Under the pieces are notes generated by a model that was not told where the DNA came from, searched no databases, and was given only the letters and a program-made list of their open reading frames with translations. From Gammaproteobacteria bacterium (GTDB taxonomy: Bacteria; Pseudomonadota; Gammaproteobacteria; Enterobacterales; Alteromonadaceae), in assembly GCA_017302255.1 (NCBI GenBank), contig JAFLDV010000001.1:126237-190236 (forward strand): a DNA stretch of 64,000 nt, read 5' to 3'. A program made the position numbers and the translations under genes. Each line of letters begins with the position of its first letter. The stretch's first letter is position 1. Shown here one piece after another: positions 46,408-56,046 of this stretch.

Positions 46408-47010
46408 CTAAATCAAATTGACCACGGGCAATAAATTATTGGTAATCAATATGGCAAAGCTTGCCATGACCACCACCAACAATACTAAGCCGCTAGTTAC
46501 CACTGCGCTGGCATAGATAAAGCCGCGATCTTCAGGGATGTGCATCATAATCGGGACGCCGGTGTAAAGCAGATACACCGCATAACAAAGGCCCGCGAGA
46601 CCGGCGAGAGTCATTGCCCAAAGTTCCGGATAAAGCGCGACAAAACCCACCATAAACAGCGGTGTTGAGGTGTAAGCTGCCAACTCCATTGCGTGAGTGA
46701 AACTCGGCGTTGCGCCAAAAGTAACTGCCATCCATTTAATTAAGGCTGCTAGTGCAAAGACTCCTGCTATCAAGGCGAGATACATAGCTGCGGCAAGCAC
46801 CAAACCGCTTTGGCTACTCAGTGTCGTAACTGGTCCATTAGCAATCTGCCAACCGATATAAACTGCTGAATAATAAGCGCTTAGCGCCGGGATAAACGCA
46901 AGTAGAATCACATGCAATAAGCTACTGAAAAAAGACTCTTTGTCGTGATCTATGCGATCCCATTCTGTTTTTGGATGTGTATATAAACCCCAAATATGAC
47001 TAAGCACCAT
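46408..47010 (-). CDS. Yip1-family membrane protein
   Basis: 200 aa, 5 TM helices after a short hydrophilic N-terminus (Yip1 domain layout). Confidence 0.5.
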   Translation of the reverse strand: MVLSHIWGLYTHPKTEWDRIDHDKESFFSSLLHVILLAFIPALSAYYSAVYIGWQIANGPVTTLSSQSGLVLAAAMYLALIAGVFALAALIKWMAVTFGATPSFTHAMELAAYTSTPLFMVGFVALYPELWAMTLAGLAGLCYAVYLLYTGVPIMMHIPEDRGFIYASAVVTSGLVLLVVVMASFAILITNNLLPVVNLI

Positions 47011-47428
47011 GATGTAATCCTCGTCTGACGTTTTAACTTTTCAGGCTTAGCCACTCTAACGTCATCCACCAGACGCACTTGACTAACCGACAGCCTGCAA
47101 TTGTGGCGATGACAATGTTGCCTCGCGTTAATTAGTACGCAGCGAGCCCAAGCACCAGTTCAGTTTGCTGGCGAAAAAACACGCAGTTGCTTATTTGCCT
47201 TAATTGTTTGGCCTTAAATGTTCAGCCCTGAGTGTTCGGCCTGAAAAGTTCGAGTAAAACGTCCAAGTAAAATTTGGGTGATGAAGCCGCGAATACTCTT
47301 TGCCACCGCGTTGGATTTGCCTCCAACGACTGGAGGCGTGGGTATGTTTTGCTGGGCTTCAGTGATGGACTTAAAAAAGTTGCTAACCTTGTTTAAGTCC
47401 ATGCTTTTACGGCAGTTAATTCGTGGGC

Positions 47429-48388
47429 TTAAAACGCAAGGTTTAGCGTTTGCTTCATTAACCGATGCAATTCCGCTTTTTGATAATCAGGATGGTGGAT
47501 CCCGTCTTTGAGTAAAGTGAAGCCTGTGGCTTTTAAACAACCTTGATAGGCTTTGCTTACGGCGGTTTGGTTGGCAGTGAGTGCGAATGGTTCGCTGTCT
47601 ATGGCATTCGCAGCACAGCCATTAATTCGGATAAAGCGGGCAATGGTGTCATTCAAGCTATTGATCACATTGCCTGACGTGGTTACGCGCCCATCAATCG
47701 GCATATCGGTATCATTGCTGCCATGTAGATGGTGAATCACAACGGGAACTGCAGGATTACAAGCAGTTAAATCACCACGCAATTGCCCCGAGATTGCAAA
47801 TGCCGCTTTCACCCGGGTGGGCACTGAGCAGGCTAATTGATATGCCATCATTGCGCCTGCGGAAAAGCCAATAGCAGCAACTTTGCTATTATCAGCCTGA
47901 TACTCTGTCACTAATTTGTCGATGATCGCTAAGCTTAATTCGGTATCTTTACTTTGTGTATTTACCGCAACGTTGCTTTCCCAAGCCCAATCTGGCCCGC
48001 CAATTGGCATGGCAATTAGGGCATTATTGTTATTGGCATATTGTTGAAGTGCGAGAAAACTTTCGAGCTTTCTAGGCGTGCCATATGATGGTGGCGAGCC
48101 ATAGAATGCCAAAATGATGCTAGGTCCCGGCTGTTTCACCGCTGGGCTCAGCAGTAAAAAATTACGGTTATTTAATGTTAAGCACTGCTCACCACTTTTC
48201 ACTTCGCCACAAGGAGTTTGCTGCACTGTCTCGGTCGGCACTTCGCTTGGGCCTGAGCCACCACTACAACCCAATAATATTGTCATCAAGCTGATTGCGC
48301 TTAATTTCAGGGCTATTTTGGCAGGGCTGTTTGAGGTTTGTGTTGAGGTCATTAACCCCGGTACCACTATTTGCATTAATCGCTTCAT
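47429..48388 (-). CDS. secreted esterase, PHB-depolymerase/feruloyl-esterase-like alpha/beta hydrolase
   Basis: Lipoprotein-like signal (LLGCSGGSG). GFSAGAMM nucleophile elbow. Confidence 0.55.
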   Translation of the reverse strand: MKRLMQIVVPGLMTSTQTSNSPAKIALKLSAISLMTILLGCSGGSGPSEVPTETVQQTPCGEVKSGEQCLTLNNRNFLLLSPAVKQPGPSIILAFYGSPPSYGTPRKLESFLALQQYANNNNALIAMPIGGPDWAWESNVAVNTQSKDTELSLAIIDKLVTEYQADNSKVAAIGFSAGAMMAYQLACSVPTRVKAAFAISGQLRGDLTACNPAVPVVIHHLHGSNDTDMPIDGRVTTSGNVINSLNDTIARFIRINGCAANAIDSEPFALTANQTAVSKAYQGCLKATGFTLLKDGIHHPDYQKAELHRLMKQTLNLAF

Positions 48389-48568
48389 TATTCCATCCGT
48401 TGATCTTTTGCTGAGAATTCATGATGTTGCTGAAATGGAATTCCATACAGCATCTACTGGCAAAGGCTACGATTTGTTATAGTGGATGACCATAAGCAAA
48501 ACCTTATAAAAAACTGATGAAAAGCTTACGAAGCGCTAAATGTAAGAAGTAATTCGCTGAATGAACAT

Positions 48569-48603
48569 TGCTAGTTGCTAGTTGCTAGTTGCTAGTTGCA
48601 AGT
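48569..48603. repeat. heptanucleotide tandem repeat (TTGCTAG) x about 5
   Basis: CATTGCTAGTTGCTAGTTGCTAGTTGCTAGTTGCAAG, about 180 bp upstream of the esterase start codon. Confidence 0.75.
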
Positions 48604-48764
48604 GATAAGGGACTGCGAGAGTTTCAAAAGACAACACGAGAGCAAATGATCTTCTAATCACAAGGGCTGACGCTCATGCGTTATTTTTGCGGAGAGTAAC
48701 TTGATATGAATTTAATTTTTAAAAGGGTTGGCGACACGGAGTAACCCTGCCGCCATGCTGAGAA

Positions 48765-49229
48765 TTAAATACTATTTACCGTCAAAATCATTTTCAGGTG
48801 CGGGATGTCATCTTCTAGGTAGGGTTCGCTAGCGGCGACAAAGCCCATGCTTTCATAGAAACGTTGAAGGTAACATTGCGCTGAAATGTGCACATCTTTG
48901 CCCGGCCAGCCTTCTTTTGCTGTGGCGATGGCTTTGGCAACCAGTAATTCACCCAGACCAAGCCGACGAGCAGTTTGTGCAACACAAACTCGGCCAACGC
49001 CAGGGGCATCTTTGAAGCTCACGCCTGGTGGCAAAATGCGGCTGTAACCTAGGATTTTATCGGCCTTTTTCAGCAAAATATGCCGAGTTTCTGGGTGCAA
49101 ATCTTTTTCATCAAGTTCTGGATAAGGACAGTTTTGTTCAACCACGAACACGTCAACTCGCAGCTGCAGCAGTGCATAAAGCGTGTAGGTGTCGAGTTCA
49201 GAAAACCGCAGAATATGCCATTCCATCAT
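48765..49229 (-). CDS. GNAT-family N-acetyltransferase (ElaA-like)
   Basis: Acetyl-CoA binding motif VAQTARRLGLGELLV (Q/R-x-x-G-x-G/A). 154 aa. Confidence 0.7.
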   Translation of the reverse strand: MMEWHILRFSELDTYTLYALLQLRVDVFVVEQNCPYPELDEKDLHPETRHILLKKADKILGYSRILPPGVSFKDAPGVGRVCVAQTARRLGLGELLVAKAIATAKEGWPGKDVHISAQCYLQRFYESMGFVAASEPYLEDDIPHLKMILTVNSI

Positions 49230-49613
49230 TTGTCGTGCAAACCTCAGTGGCTATTGATTTGCTTACTATATCAGAGCTTGGCCGGTGTTACCTAGTGTTG
49301 CCGTTGTTGAAACGACGAGAATGGTGGCTGTCCTCAATTGCACTGTCCAATTGCATCCTCAATTGCACATCGAGAATGGTGCATCGAGATTGGTGGCTGT
49401 ACATATTTGCATCTTGATTCGTACCCTATCTGCCGAAATTTGCTGCGAGGCTGTATTAAAACTGAATAGGCAAGACTTTAATTTCACCGCGATGGAAATA
49501 AAGTCCTTGGCGCTGGCTGGTCGCTATGGGGGGATTTCGGGTATAATTTGCGCACTTTTTCGACGGTCAACTAAGCTTGTTCCGTTGTTGTTGCTGCCAT
49601 CTCTAACCCTTGT

Positions 49614-51020
49614 GTGACTATGACCCTGAAAAAAATCGCGTTATATAAACTCGCTATCTTAGCCGTGTTAATGGTTTCGTTAGTGCTGAGCTACATCCCT
49701 GATCGGCCTTGGCAAACACCAGCGGCAGATATTGCCACGCAAAATTTTCATACAATCGAATTTGACGACCAAGGCGAACCGCATGATGCCAAGCAGTGGC
49801 AAGGTTTACAGGCACGGCTGCGTCAAAGTGGTAATGCGCAGCAAGAACTCATCATTTTTATCCATGGTTGGCATCATAATGCGGCATCGACCGATGAGAA
49901 CTTCATTGCTTTTCAAAACTTTTATCAGCAAATGGCGCAAAGCGATAAGCAGCGAAATCTGATTGGCTTATATATTGGTTGGCGTGGCGATAAGTACGAT
50001 CCGTTTTGGTTAGATGGTTCAGACGATGCCGAAAGTATGGTCGAGCCTTTAGACTTTCCAACGATTTTTCAGCGTAAAACTGTTGCCAGCCGGATTGGCA
50101 AACAAGGCATGTCGCAATTATTAGATGCGTTGGACGCTGAAATCAGCGCTGGTTATCTGCAACGTTATACCGTGATTGGTCATAGTTTAGGTGGTGCGGT
50201 CGCGCTGCACGCTAGTAAAGACCGGATCCGCCAAGCAATCATCGACAAACGGGAAAACCCAAACTTATTTATTCTGTTAAATCCGGCTGTAAACGTTGAT
50301 GAATATAAACCTTTAGATACCTTGCTGAGCATCGATCGGCAAAAGCCGGCGATGGTCGTGCTGCAATCCAAAGGCGACTACGCCTTAAAAGAAGCGTTTC
50401 GCTGGATGAAGGATGGCCAAAGAGCGATGGGCAATTCATGGGCTATAACCCATGATGTGGCGCGTTGTCCGCGGGCTGACTGTTCAAGGACTGACTTCTT
50501 ACCACCGGCTATGTTGAAGCACGATGCCATTCCTGGTTGCGCTATGACACTAGGAACTTCGGGCTGGAAAATTCGGGCTCGACTGCAAAGTCGCACCAAC
50601 GTACAAACCTGTCCTGACGCCAATATGCAAGCAGTCTGGGTGTTATCGGTAACTGATGACATTATCAACGGCCATAACGGCATTTTGACCCCGGATCACG
50701 CGATAGCACTGTCCGAAATCATGGGACTGATTGACCACTATCGCAACCAAATCCCGGTATCGGCAGTGACTGAGGTGCCAGCTGCGGAGTCGGGCGAAAC
50801 TGAGTTGTTATTGCCAGCAGAAGAGGGCAGCCAGCAAGCGCCGGATCCAATGCCAGAGTCCAAAGCTGAGTCGACCGACGAGAATCCGCCAGCCACAGCG
50901 CCAGTGGATAAAAGCGTTGAGCCTTCTGCAGCACCGACAGATGAACCAACCGCAGAGCCTAGCGCAGAGTCAATCAAGCAAAATGATGGCACTGTTGTGG
51001 AACCATCAACAGCAAGATAA
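49614..51020 (+). CDS. alpha/beta-hydrolase (lipase/esterase-like) with Pro/Glu/Ala-rich C-terminal tail
   Basis: N-terminal TM/signal. GHSLGG nucleophile elbow. C-terminal 90 aa of low-complexity PAAESGETELLLPAEEGSQQAPDPMPESKAESTDENPPATAPV.... Confidence 0.55.
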   Translation: MTMTLKKIALYKLAILAVLMVSLVLSYIPDRPWQTPAADIATQNFHTIEFDDQGEPHDAKQWQGLQARLRQSGNAQQELIIFIHGWHHNAASTDENFIAFQNFYQQMAQSDKQRNLIGLYIGWRGDKYDPFWLDGSDDAESMVEPLDFPTIFQRKTVASRIGKQGMSQLLDALDAEISAGYLQRYTVIGHSLGGAVALHASKDRIRQAIIDKRENPNLFILLNPAVNVDEYKPLDTLLSIDRQKPAMVVLQSKGDYALKEAFRWMKDGQRAMGNSWAITHDVARCPRADCSRTDFLPPAMLKHDAIPGCAMTLGTSGWKIRARLQSRTNVQTCPDANMQAVWVLSVTDDIINGHNGILTPDHAIALSEIMGLIDHYRNQIPVSAVTEVPAAESGETELLLPAEEGSQQAPDPMPESKAESTDENPPATAPVDKSVEPSAAPTDEPTAEPSAESIKQNDGTVVEPSTAR

Positions 51021-51128
51021 ATCGTTTTAAGCTTAGAGGCGATATCACCGAAACTTGCTATTACCACATAGAAAGTTTCGGCTTGTTCGGTACTGATAGA
51101 GAGTGGCACACATACACTAACAACAGTA

Positions 51129-51737
51129 TTACTGCTGCGTTGGTTTGTCGGTTTTGATAACCATAGTGCCGGCAATTAAATCGTGAACACTCAACTTTTT
51201 CTTACTAATCACTAGCGCAATCGAATCAGCTAAAAGAAAAAATAGGCCAACGGGAGAACTTAGTAATACCCACTTTGGCTGATACTGTTGCAAAAGGCTG
51301 TTTCGTTCAAGCCATCCGTGCTCGAAAAAGATTGAAGGGACTGGAATGTTATTAAAAGCTTCGATGTTGCCTAACACGCCGATAAGCCCAAGGATTAAAT
51401 AAGGGGAATAACGTAAGTTCGCCTGAGCAAAGCCAATTGGACTGCCATCCAGGCGTACAATCTGAATGCCCATTGCCATTTTGCCTAAGGTTGCACCGTA
51501 CTTAGTCGTTAAATACAACTGATAAATAATCGACAACACGCCAGGCACGACTAACGTTAGTAAATAAAGTGAGTTATTGCCTAAAGTTATCAGTATTATG
51601 GCTAGTAAAGCCAAGCCCAATGCAACCGAATCAATTAAATGCGCGGCCACTCGACGCCAAAACCCTGCATATTGCGGCTCAGTTGGTGGCGCAACTTCAG
51701 GTAATTCTGAATTGGTTTCGTTTTGAAAATCAGACAT
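51129..51737 (-). CDS. RDD-family membrane protein
   Basis: FWRRVAAHLIDSVALGLAL (RDD motif region), 3 TM. Confidence 0.65.
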   Translation of the reverse strand: MSDFQNETNSELPEVAPPTEPQYAGFWRRVAAHLIDSVALGLALLAIILITLGNNSLYLLTLVVPGVLSIIYQLYLTTKYGATLGKMAMGIQIVRLDGSPIGFAQANLRYSPYLILGLIGVLGNIEAFNNIPVPSIFFEHGWLERNSLLQQYQPKWVLLSSPVGLFFLLADSIALVISKKKLSVHDLIAGTMVIKTDKPTQQ

Positions 51738-51786
51738 CTATAAATTCCTTTTAATACTTGATAAAAATTTCAGGTATGTTGCTGTA

Positions 51787-52677
51787 TTAATGCAGCAAAA
51801 TCAATATAGTGCCGCCGACGGTCATCACTGCCCCGAGCCAGGCGCCAAGCGCAGGCCGACGTTTGTAAACAAGCCACAGCAAGGGCACCACCACCACAGG
51901 GCTGATAGAAGAAAGCATCGCCACCATACCGGCATCACCTTGCTTTAAGGCTTGTAAAATTAGAGTCATGCCAATCCCCATAGAGAGCAGTGCATTAAAT
52001 GCGACCATACCAAGTACTTTTGGGGTCATGGCATTTTGGGTTTTGGCAACTTGAAAACCACACCATAACAACACCAAGTGGCAAACCAGGGCGGTGGTCA
52101 TGCGCACCGCCGAAGCAGCTACGGCATCAATGTCGGTTTCCATTAATGGTTTTAACATTAAAGTCGAAACAGCCTGACATAAGGCCGATAGCAAGCCAAG
52201 CGCAATACCTATGCCTAATTCATGGCTGCCAGCTTCCCAGTGATGCTGCTCACAGGCTCTTTTGCCGAACAAAATTGCTGTCATCACACCGGTAACTAAT
52301 AAACCACAGCCAACGAGCGTCCAGCCCCAAATGGTTTCACCTAAAAACCAATAGGCGAGTAGTGCTGAAAACAGCGCATGGGTTGCGAATAAAACCCCCG
52401 CACGCCGAGGGCCTAGTCGATTCATCGCCGCAAATAATGCGGTATCGCCAATTAAAATGCCGATGACCCCAGATAGCGCCAGTAACCAAAGTTGATTGAC
52501 GGGAAGGGTTTGCCAGCCGCCAGTAGCTATCGCAAGGCTCCATAACAGCAAACTTGCGCAGGTCATGCGCCAGCGGGTAAAAGCAAAAGCGCCCAAATGT
52601 GCTGACGCCGGTGCTGAAATTAAACTACCGATGGCCCAGCAACATGCTGCGGTAAGTGCCATCCATTCATAACTCAT
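51787..52677 (-). CDS. DMT-superfamily (EamA-like) transporter
   Basis: 10 TM helices in two EamA-like halves, 296 aa. Lies 9 bp downstream of the cysM stop. Confidence 0.7.
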   Translation of the reverse strand: MSYEWMALTAACCWAIGSLISAPASAHLGAFAFTRWRMTCASLLLWSLAIATGGWQTLPVNQLWLLALSGVIGILIGDTALFAAMNRLGPRRAGVLFATHALFSALLAYWFLGETIWGWTLVGCGLLVTGVMTAILFGKRACEQHHWEAGSHELGIGIALGLLSALCQAVSTLMLKPLMETDIDAVAASAVRMTTALVCHLVLLWCGFQVAKTQNAMTPKVLGMVAFNALLSMGIGMTLILQALKQGDAGMVAMLSSISPVVVVPLLWLVYKRRPALGAWLGAVMTVGGTILILLH

Positions 52678-52685
52678 GACAATCC

Positions 52686-53609
52686 CTAATCGTTAAATAA
52701 GCCAGAAGACAAGTAGCGATCACCACGATCACAAATAATGGCCACAATCACGCTGCCCGGTTGTTGCTCTGCGATTTGCAAGGCGGCGAAGACGGCACCA
52801 CCAGAGCTGACCCCGGCACAAATACCTTCTTCGCGGGCGAGTCGTCGCGTGGTAGCTACAGCGTCGGCTTCGTTGATATCCAGCACTGTATCAACCTTCG
52901 CTCGTTGGAAAAATCCTGGCAGATATTCTTCTGGCCAGCGTCTGATCCCAGGGATCGAGCTGCCCGCAGAGGGTTGTAAACCGACAATTTCGATGGCTGG
53001 ATTTTGCTGCTTTAAAAAGGCGGAAGTGCCCATAATGGTGCCGGTTGTGCCCATGCTAGAGACGAAATGGGTGAGGCGGCCATGACTTTGCTGCCAAATT
53101 TCCGGGCCAGTGCTGTGAAGGTGCGCAGCTGGATTATCCACATTGTTAAATTGGTCGAGCACAATACCTAAGCCTTGTTGTTGCATGTGCAGCGCTAAAT
53201 CACGAGCGCCTTCCATACCTTGGCTTTTGGTCACCAAAATCAACTCTGCGCCATAGGCTTGCATTGAAGCTTTGCGCTCAGCTGTGGCGTTGTCGGGCAT
53301 GATAAGAATCATGCGATAGCCTTTGATGGCTGCAGCCATTGCCAATGCAATGCCAGTATTGCCAGAGGTGGCTTCAATCAGAGTATCACCGGGTTTGATA
53401 TCACCACGCAGTTCAGCCTGCACAATCATATTGAGCGCCGGGCGATCTTTTACAGAGCCTGCAGGGTTGTTGCCTTCAAGTTTCAACAACACAGTACTTT
53501 GAGTATGCGCGGCCATACGTTGCAATCGCACTAATGGGGTATGTCCGACAAAATCGGCAACTGTCGGGAAATCAGCGAAAGATTGAACAGAAGTGGATGG
53601 CGTCGACAT
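52686..53609 (-). CDS. cysM: cysteine synthase B (O-acetylserine sulfhydrylase B)
   Basis: Near-colinear with E. coli CysM: TPLVRLQRM, LKLEGNNPAGSVKDRPAL, PLP-Lys context, SGNTGIALAMAAAIKGYRM, GMEGARDLAL, GLQPSAGSSIPGIRRWP, DRGDRYLS. Start at the ATG 53609 with a GGAG RBS; the ORF-track start at 53684 adds 25 non-homologous residues. Confidence 0.85.
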   Translation of the reverse strand: MSTPSTSVQSFADFPTVADFVGHTPLVRLQRMAAHTQSTVLLKLEGNNPAGSVKDRPALNMIVQAELRGDIKPGDTLIEATSGNTGIALAMAAAIKGYRMILIMPDNATAERKASMQAYGAELILVTKSQGMEGARDLALHMQQQGLGIVLDQFNNVDNPAAHLHSTGPEIWQQSHGRLTHFVSSMGTTGTIMGTSAFLKQQNPAIEIVGLQPSAGSSIPGIRRWPEEYLPGFFQRAKVDTVLDINEADAVATTRRLAREEGICAGVSSGGAVFAALQIAEQQPGSVIVAIICDRGDRYLSSGLFND

Positions 53610-53692
53610 ACAAAGCTCCGGCAGCAAGAATGGCGACAATTGTACCGGAAGCGGCAGGGGCAAAGTAGTCCTTCGCCCCGGCAATTACAGTT

Positions 53693-55126
53693 TTACAGTT
53701 TTTGTACCAGTTCCACCCGGCGGTTAAGCTGTTTACCGGCAGCGCTGGTATTGTTGCTGGCTGGCGCAAAAGGCCCAACACCATGCGCTTCTAAACGCGA
53801 CGCGCTGATTTGATGTTGATCCGTTAAGGCTTTCACCACAGCTTGCGCCCGTTGTTCAGACAATTGTTGGTTCGCTTGGCTATTGCCAGTATCGTCAGTA
53901 TGACCGACCACGTATAACTTCAAGCTGGCATTTTGTTTCAGTAAAGTGGCGATTTCCGTTAAGGCCGCTTTTGATTCGGCTTTAACTTCCGCTTTCCCCG
54001 TGTCGAAATAAATGCCGTAAATCAGTGCTTTACCCGCAGTTTCAAGCTGGCGTTTTAGTTCGCTGGCATCTGCTTTTACCAAGTCAGTTTGCACAGCCTT
54101 AGTCGATAAAATCACTTGCTGCACACGCACGGTACTCTCATAAGCGCCGATAAAAAGCGCGACATAATGCTCTTGGCCGCCTGTCGTTAATTTCGCCACT
54201 GTGTAATAGGCTTTGCGATAGAAATTATAGACATCGTTATGTTGTGAAACTGCATCGCCGACTTTTCGTAAGGCATCTTCGCCACTGCACTCAGTTGGTT
54301 TACACAGCACGACTTGACTAAATCCAGCTTTTTTCAGTGCATTTTGATAGTTTTCGAACACTTTGAGTGTCGATACTTGTTTAATATCATACGCATGCTG
54401 TGATAAATCACCTTGCAAGGTTAAGGCTTTTTGCCCCGGTACTGGCATGGTAAATGTTTCGGTATCGACCTTTTTGTGGCGATCTAAATTCGCCCCTGGA
54501 TAACGCGAAAGCATTGGATGATCAAGTTCGAGATCATCGGCGTTCTCTGTAGCATCAGGCTCTGCACTGGTTTTTAACCCGTCGAGATTTACTTGGATGA
54601 GATCGGTCTTGAAGGTTTTGCCTTGCACAATCACTTGGTTCACTCGTGTTTCTGAGTTGTAATTGGCAATGTACCAAGCGGCATATACAGGGCCTTCAGG
54701 CAGATCTTTTTTCACCAGGAAATAGTAGGGTTGATGGTGATAGTTATAGACTTCACCGGGGATGGCGAGTTGATTGCCAAGCAGTTCCCCATCCTCTGGA
54801 CCGCATGCAGCGCCTTCACATTTGAATACCACATTGAAGCCTGCTTTATTGAACGCTTCCTGATAGTTTTTTGCCACCTGCATTGAAGATACTTGTTCAA
54901 TATCGTAAACATGACGAGTCACTTCGCCAAGCGCAGTAATCTTACTAAATTGCTTACCAGTCACAGCGCCATTGGGTAACTCAAATTGGTCATAATCGAT
55001 GCGTTGGTAACGGTCTATTTCCGCGCCAGGATAAGCGGAGAAAAGCGGGTGATCTGCTTCCTCTGCGATGGCTTGATAAGACAGGGCTGATAACACCAAG
55101 AGTGAAATTGAAGAGAGTTTGTTCAT
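53693..55126 (-). CDS. OmpA-family protein with duplicated N-terminal domain
   Basis: Signal peptide. Two homologous modules of about 170 aa (HPLFSAYPGAEIDRY.../HPMLSRYPGANLDRH...; HVYDIEQVSSMQVAKNYQEAFNKAGF/HAYDIKQVSTLKVFENYQNALKKAGF). C-terminal OmpA peptidoglycan-binding domain (YFDTGKAE...NRRVEL). Confidence 0.7.
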   Translation of the reverse strand: MNKLSSISLLVLSALSYQAIAEEADHPLFSAYPGAEIDRYQRIDYDQFELPNGAVTGKQFSKITALGEVTRHVYDIEQVSSMQVAKNYQEAFNKAGFNVVFKCEGAACGPEDGELLGNQLAIPGEVYNYHHQPYYFLVKKDLPEGPVYAAWYIANYNSETRVNQVIVQGKTFKTDLIQVNLDGLKTSAEPDATENADDLELDHPMLSRYPGANLDRHKKVDTETFTMPVPGQKALTLQGDLSQHAYDIKQVSTLKVFENYQNALKKAGFSQVVLCKPTECSGEDALRKVGDAVSQHNDVYNFYRKAYYTVAKLTTGGQEHYVALFIGAYESTVRVQQVILSTKAVQTDLVKADASELKRQLETAGKALIYGIYFDTGKAEVKAESKAALTEIATLLKQNASLKLYVVGHTDDTGNSQANQQLSEQRAQAVVKALTDQHQISASRLEAHGVGPFAPASNNTSAAGKQLNRRVELVQKL

Positions 55127-55227
55127 GCAAATTCCTTGTGGCATGTGGCTGTTAAAAATTGAAGATGATGCTTTGGCGCTGAATTTTTCCTGAATGAAAT
55201 CAGGGCAAAATTCAGCGCTTTATTTGA

Positions 55228-56013
55228 CTAAACCGCTGCAGTAATGCGTTTTAAGTTATCGACAATGACCGCGCACGCGATCCCAACATTCAGTGACTCC
55301 GCATCGCCAAAGGCTGGAATAGTAATTCGTTGCTGGATATGCGCAGCAATTGCCGGGCTAATGCCATTGGCTTCGTTGCCTAGAACCACATAACCGCCTG
55401 TTGAACGCATTGGCAATTGGTGCACATTGTCACCGCCTAGAAAAGCGCCAAGTACGGGTTGTTTCGCTTTCTGCAACCAAGTTGCTATATCGCCATAGTG
55501 CAATTGCACTCGCAAAAAAGAGCCTTTGGCACTGGCGATAACTTTGGGGTTAAACACATCGACAGTGTCGGATGAACATAAAATTTGTTTGATACCGTAC
55601 CAATCGGCGATGCGGATAATAGTGCCTAAATTGCCTGGATCGTTGACGTTATCCAGCACTAAGGTCCAGTTGTTGGCCGTTTCGCTAAACTGCTGTTGTG
55701 CAGGGATCGCCACCACCGCCAAAGCTGCGTTGTTGCTGGTGAAAGTGCCGACATGCTCAAGTTCGCTTGCGGTACACGGGTGACTCAGTTCAGCGGCGGC
55801 GCAGGCATCTGGGTAACGGTCGAGAAAATCGGCGGTACCAAACAACGCCTTCACTTGCCAACCAGACGCCAGCACTTCCAGTACAGCTTTTTCGCCTTCG
55901 ACAAAAAATAACTGCTCGGCTTTGCGGTACTTTTTTAACTGCAGCGATTTAATTAATTTCGACCATTTCTGGCTAATCATAAAATTTAAATACTCATTAT
56001 AAGGTTGGGGCAA
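55228..56013 (-). CDS. TrmH/SpoU-family RNA 2'-O-methyltransferase
   Basis: SPOUT motifs LVLDNVNDPGNLGTIIR, VVLGNEANGIS, ITIPAFGDAESLNVGIACAVIV. Confidence 0.7.
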   Translation of the reverse strand: MPQPYNEYLNFMISQKWSKLIKSLQLKKYRKAEQLFFVEGEKAVLEVLASGWQVKALFGTADFLDRYPDACAAAELSHPCTASELEHVGTFTSNNAALAVVAIPAQQQFSETANNWTLVLDNVNDPGNLGTIIRIADWYGIKQILCSSDTVDVFNPKVIASAKGSFLRVQLHYGDIATWLQKAKQPVLGAFLGGDNVHQLPMRSTGGYVVLGNEANGISPAIAAHIQQRITIPAFGDAESLNVGIACAVIVDNLKRITAAV

Positions 56014-56046
56014 ACTGCTGGCGGATCCTCGCCAGCATAAAGTCGA

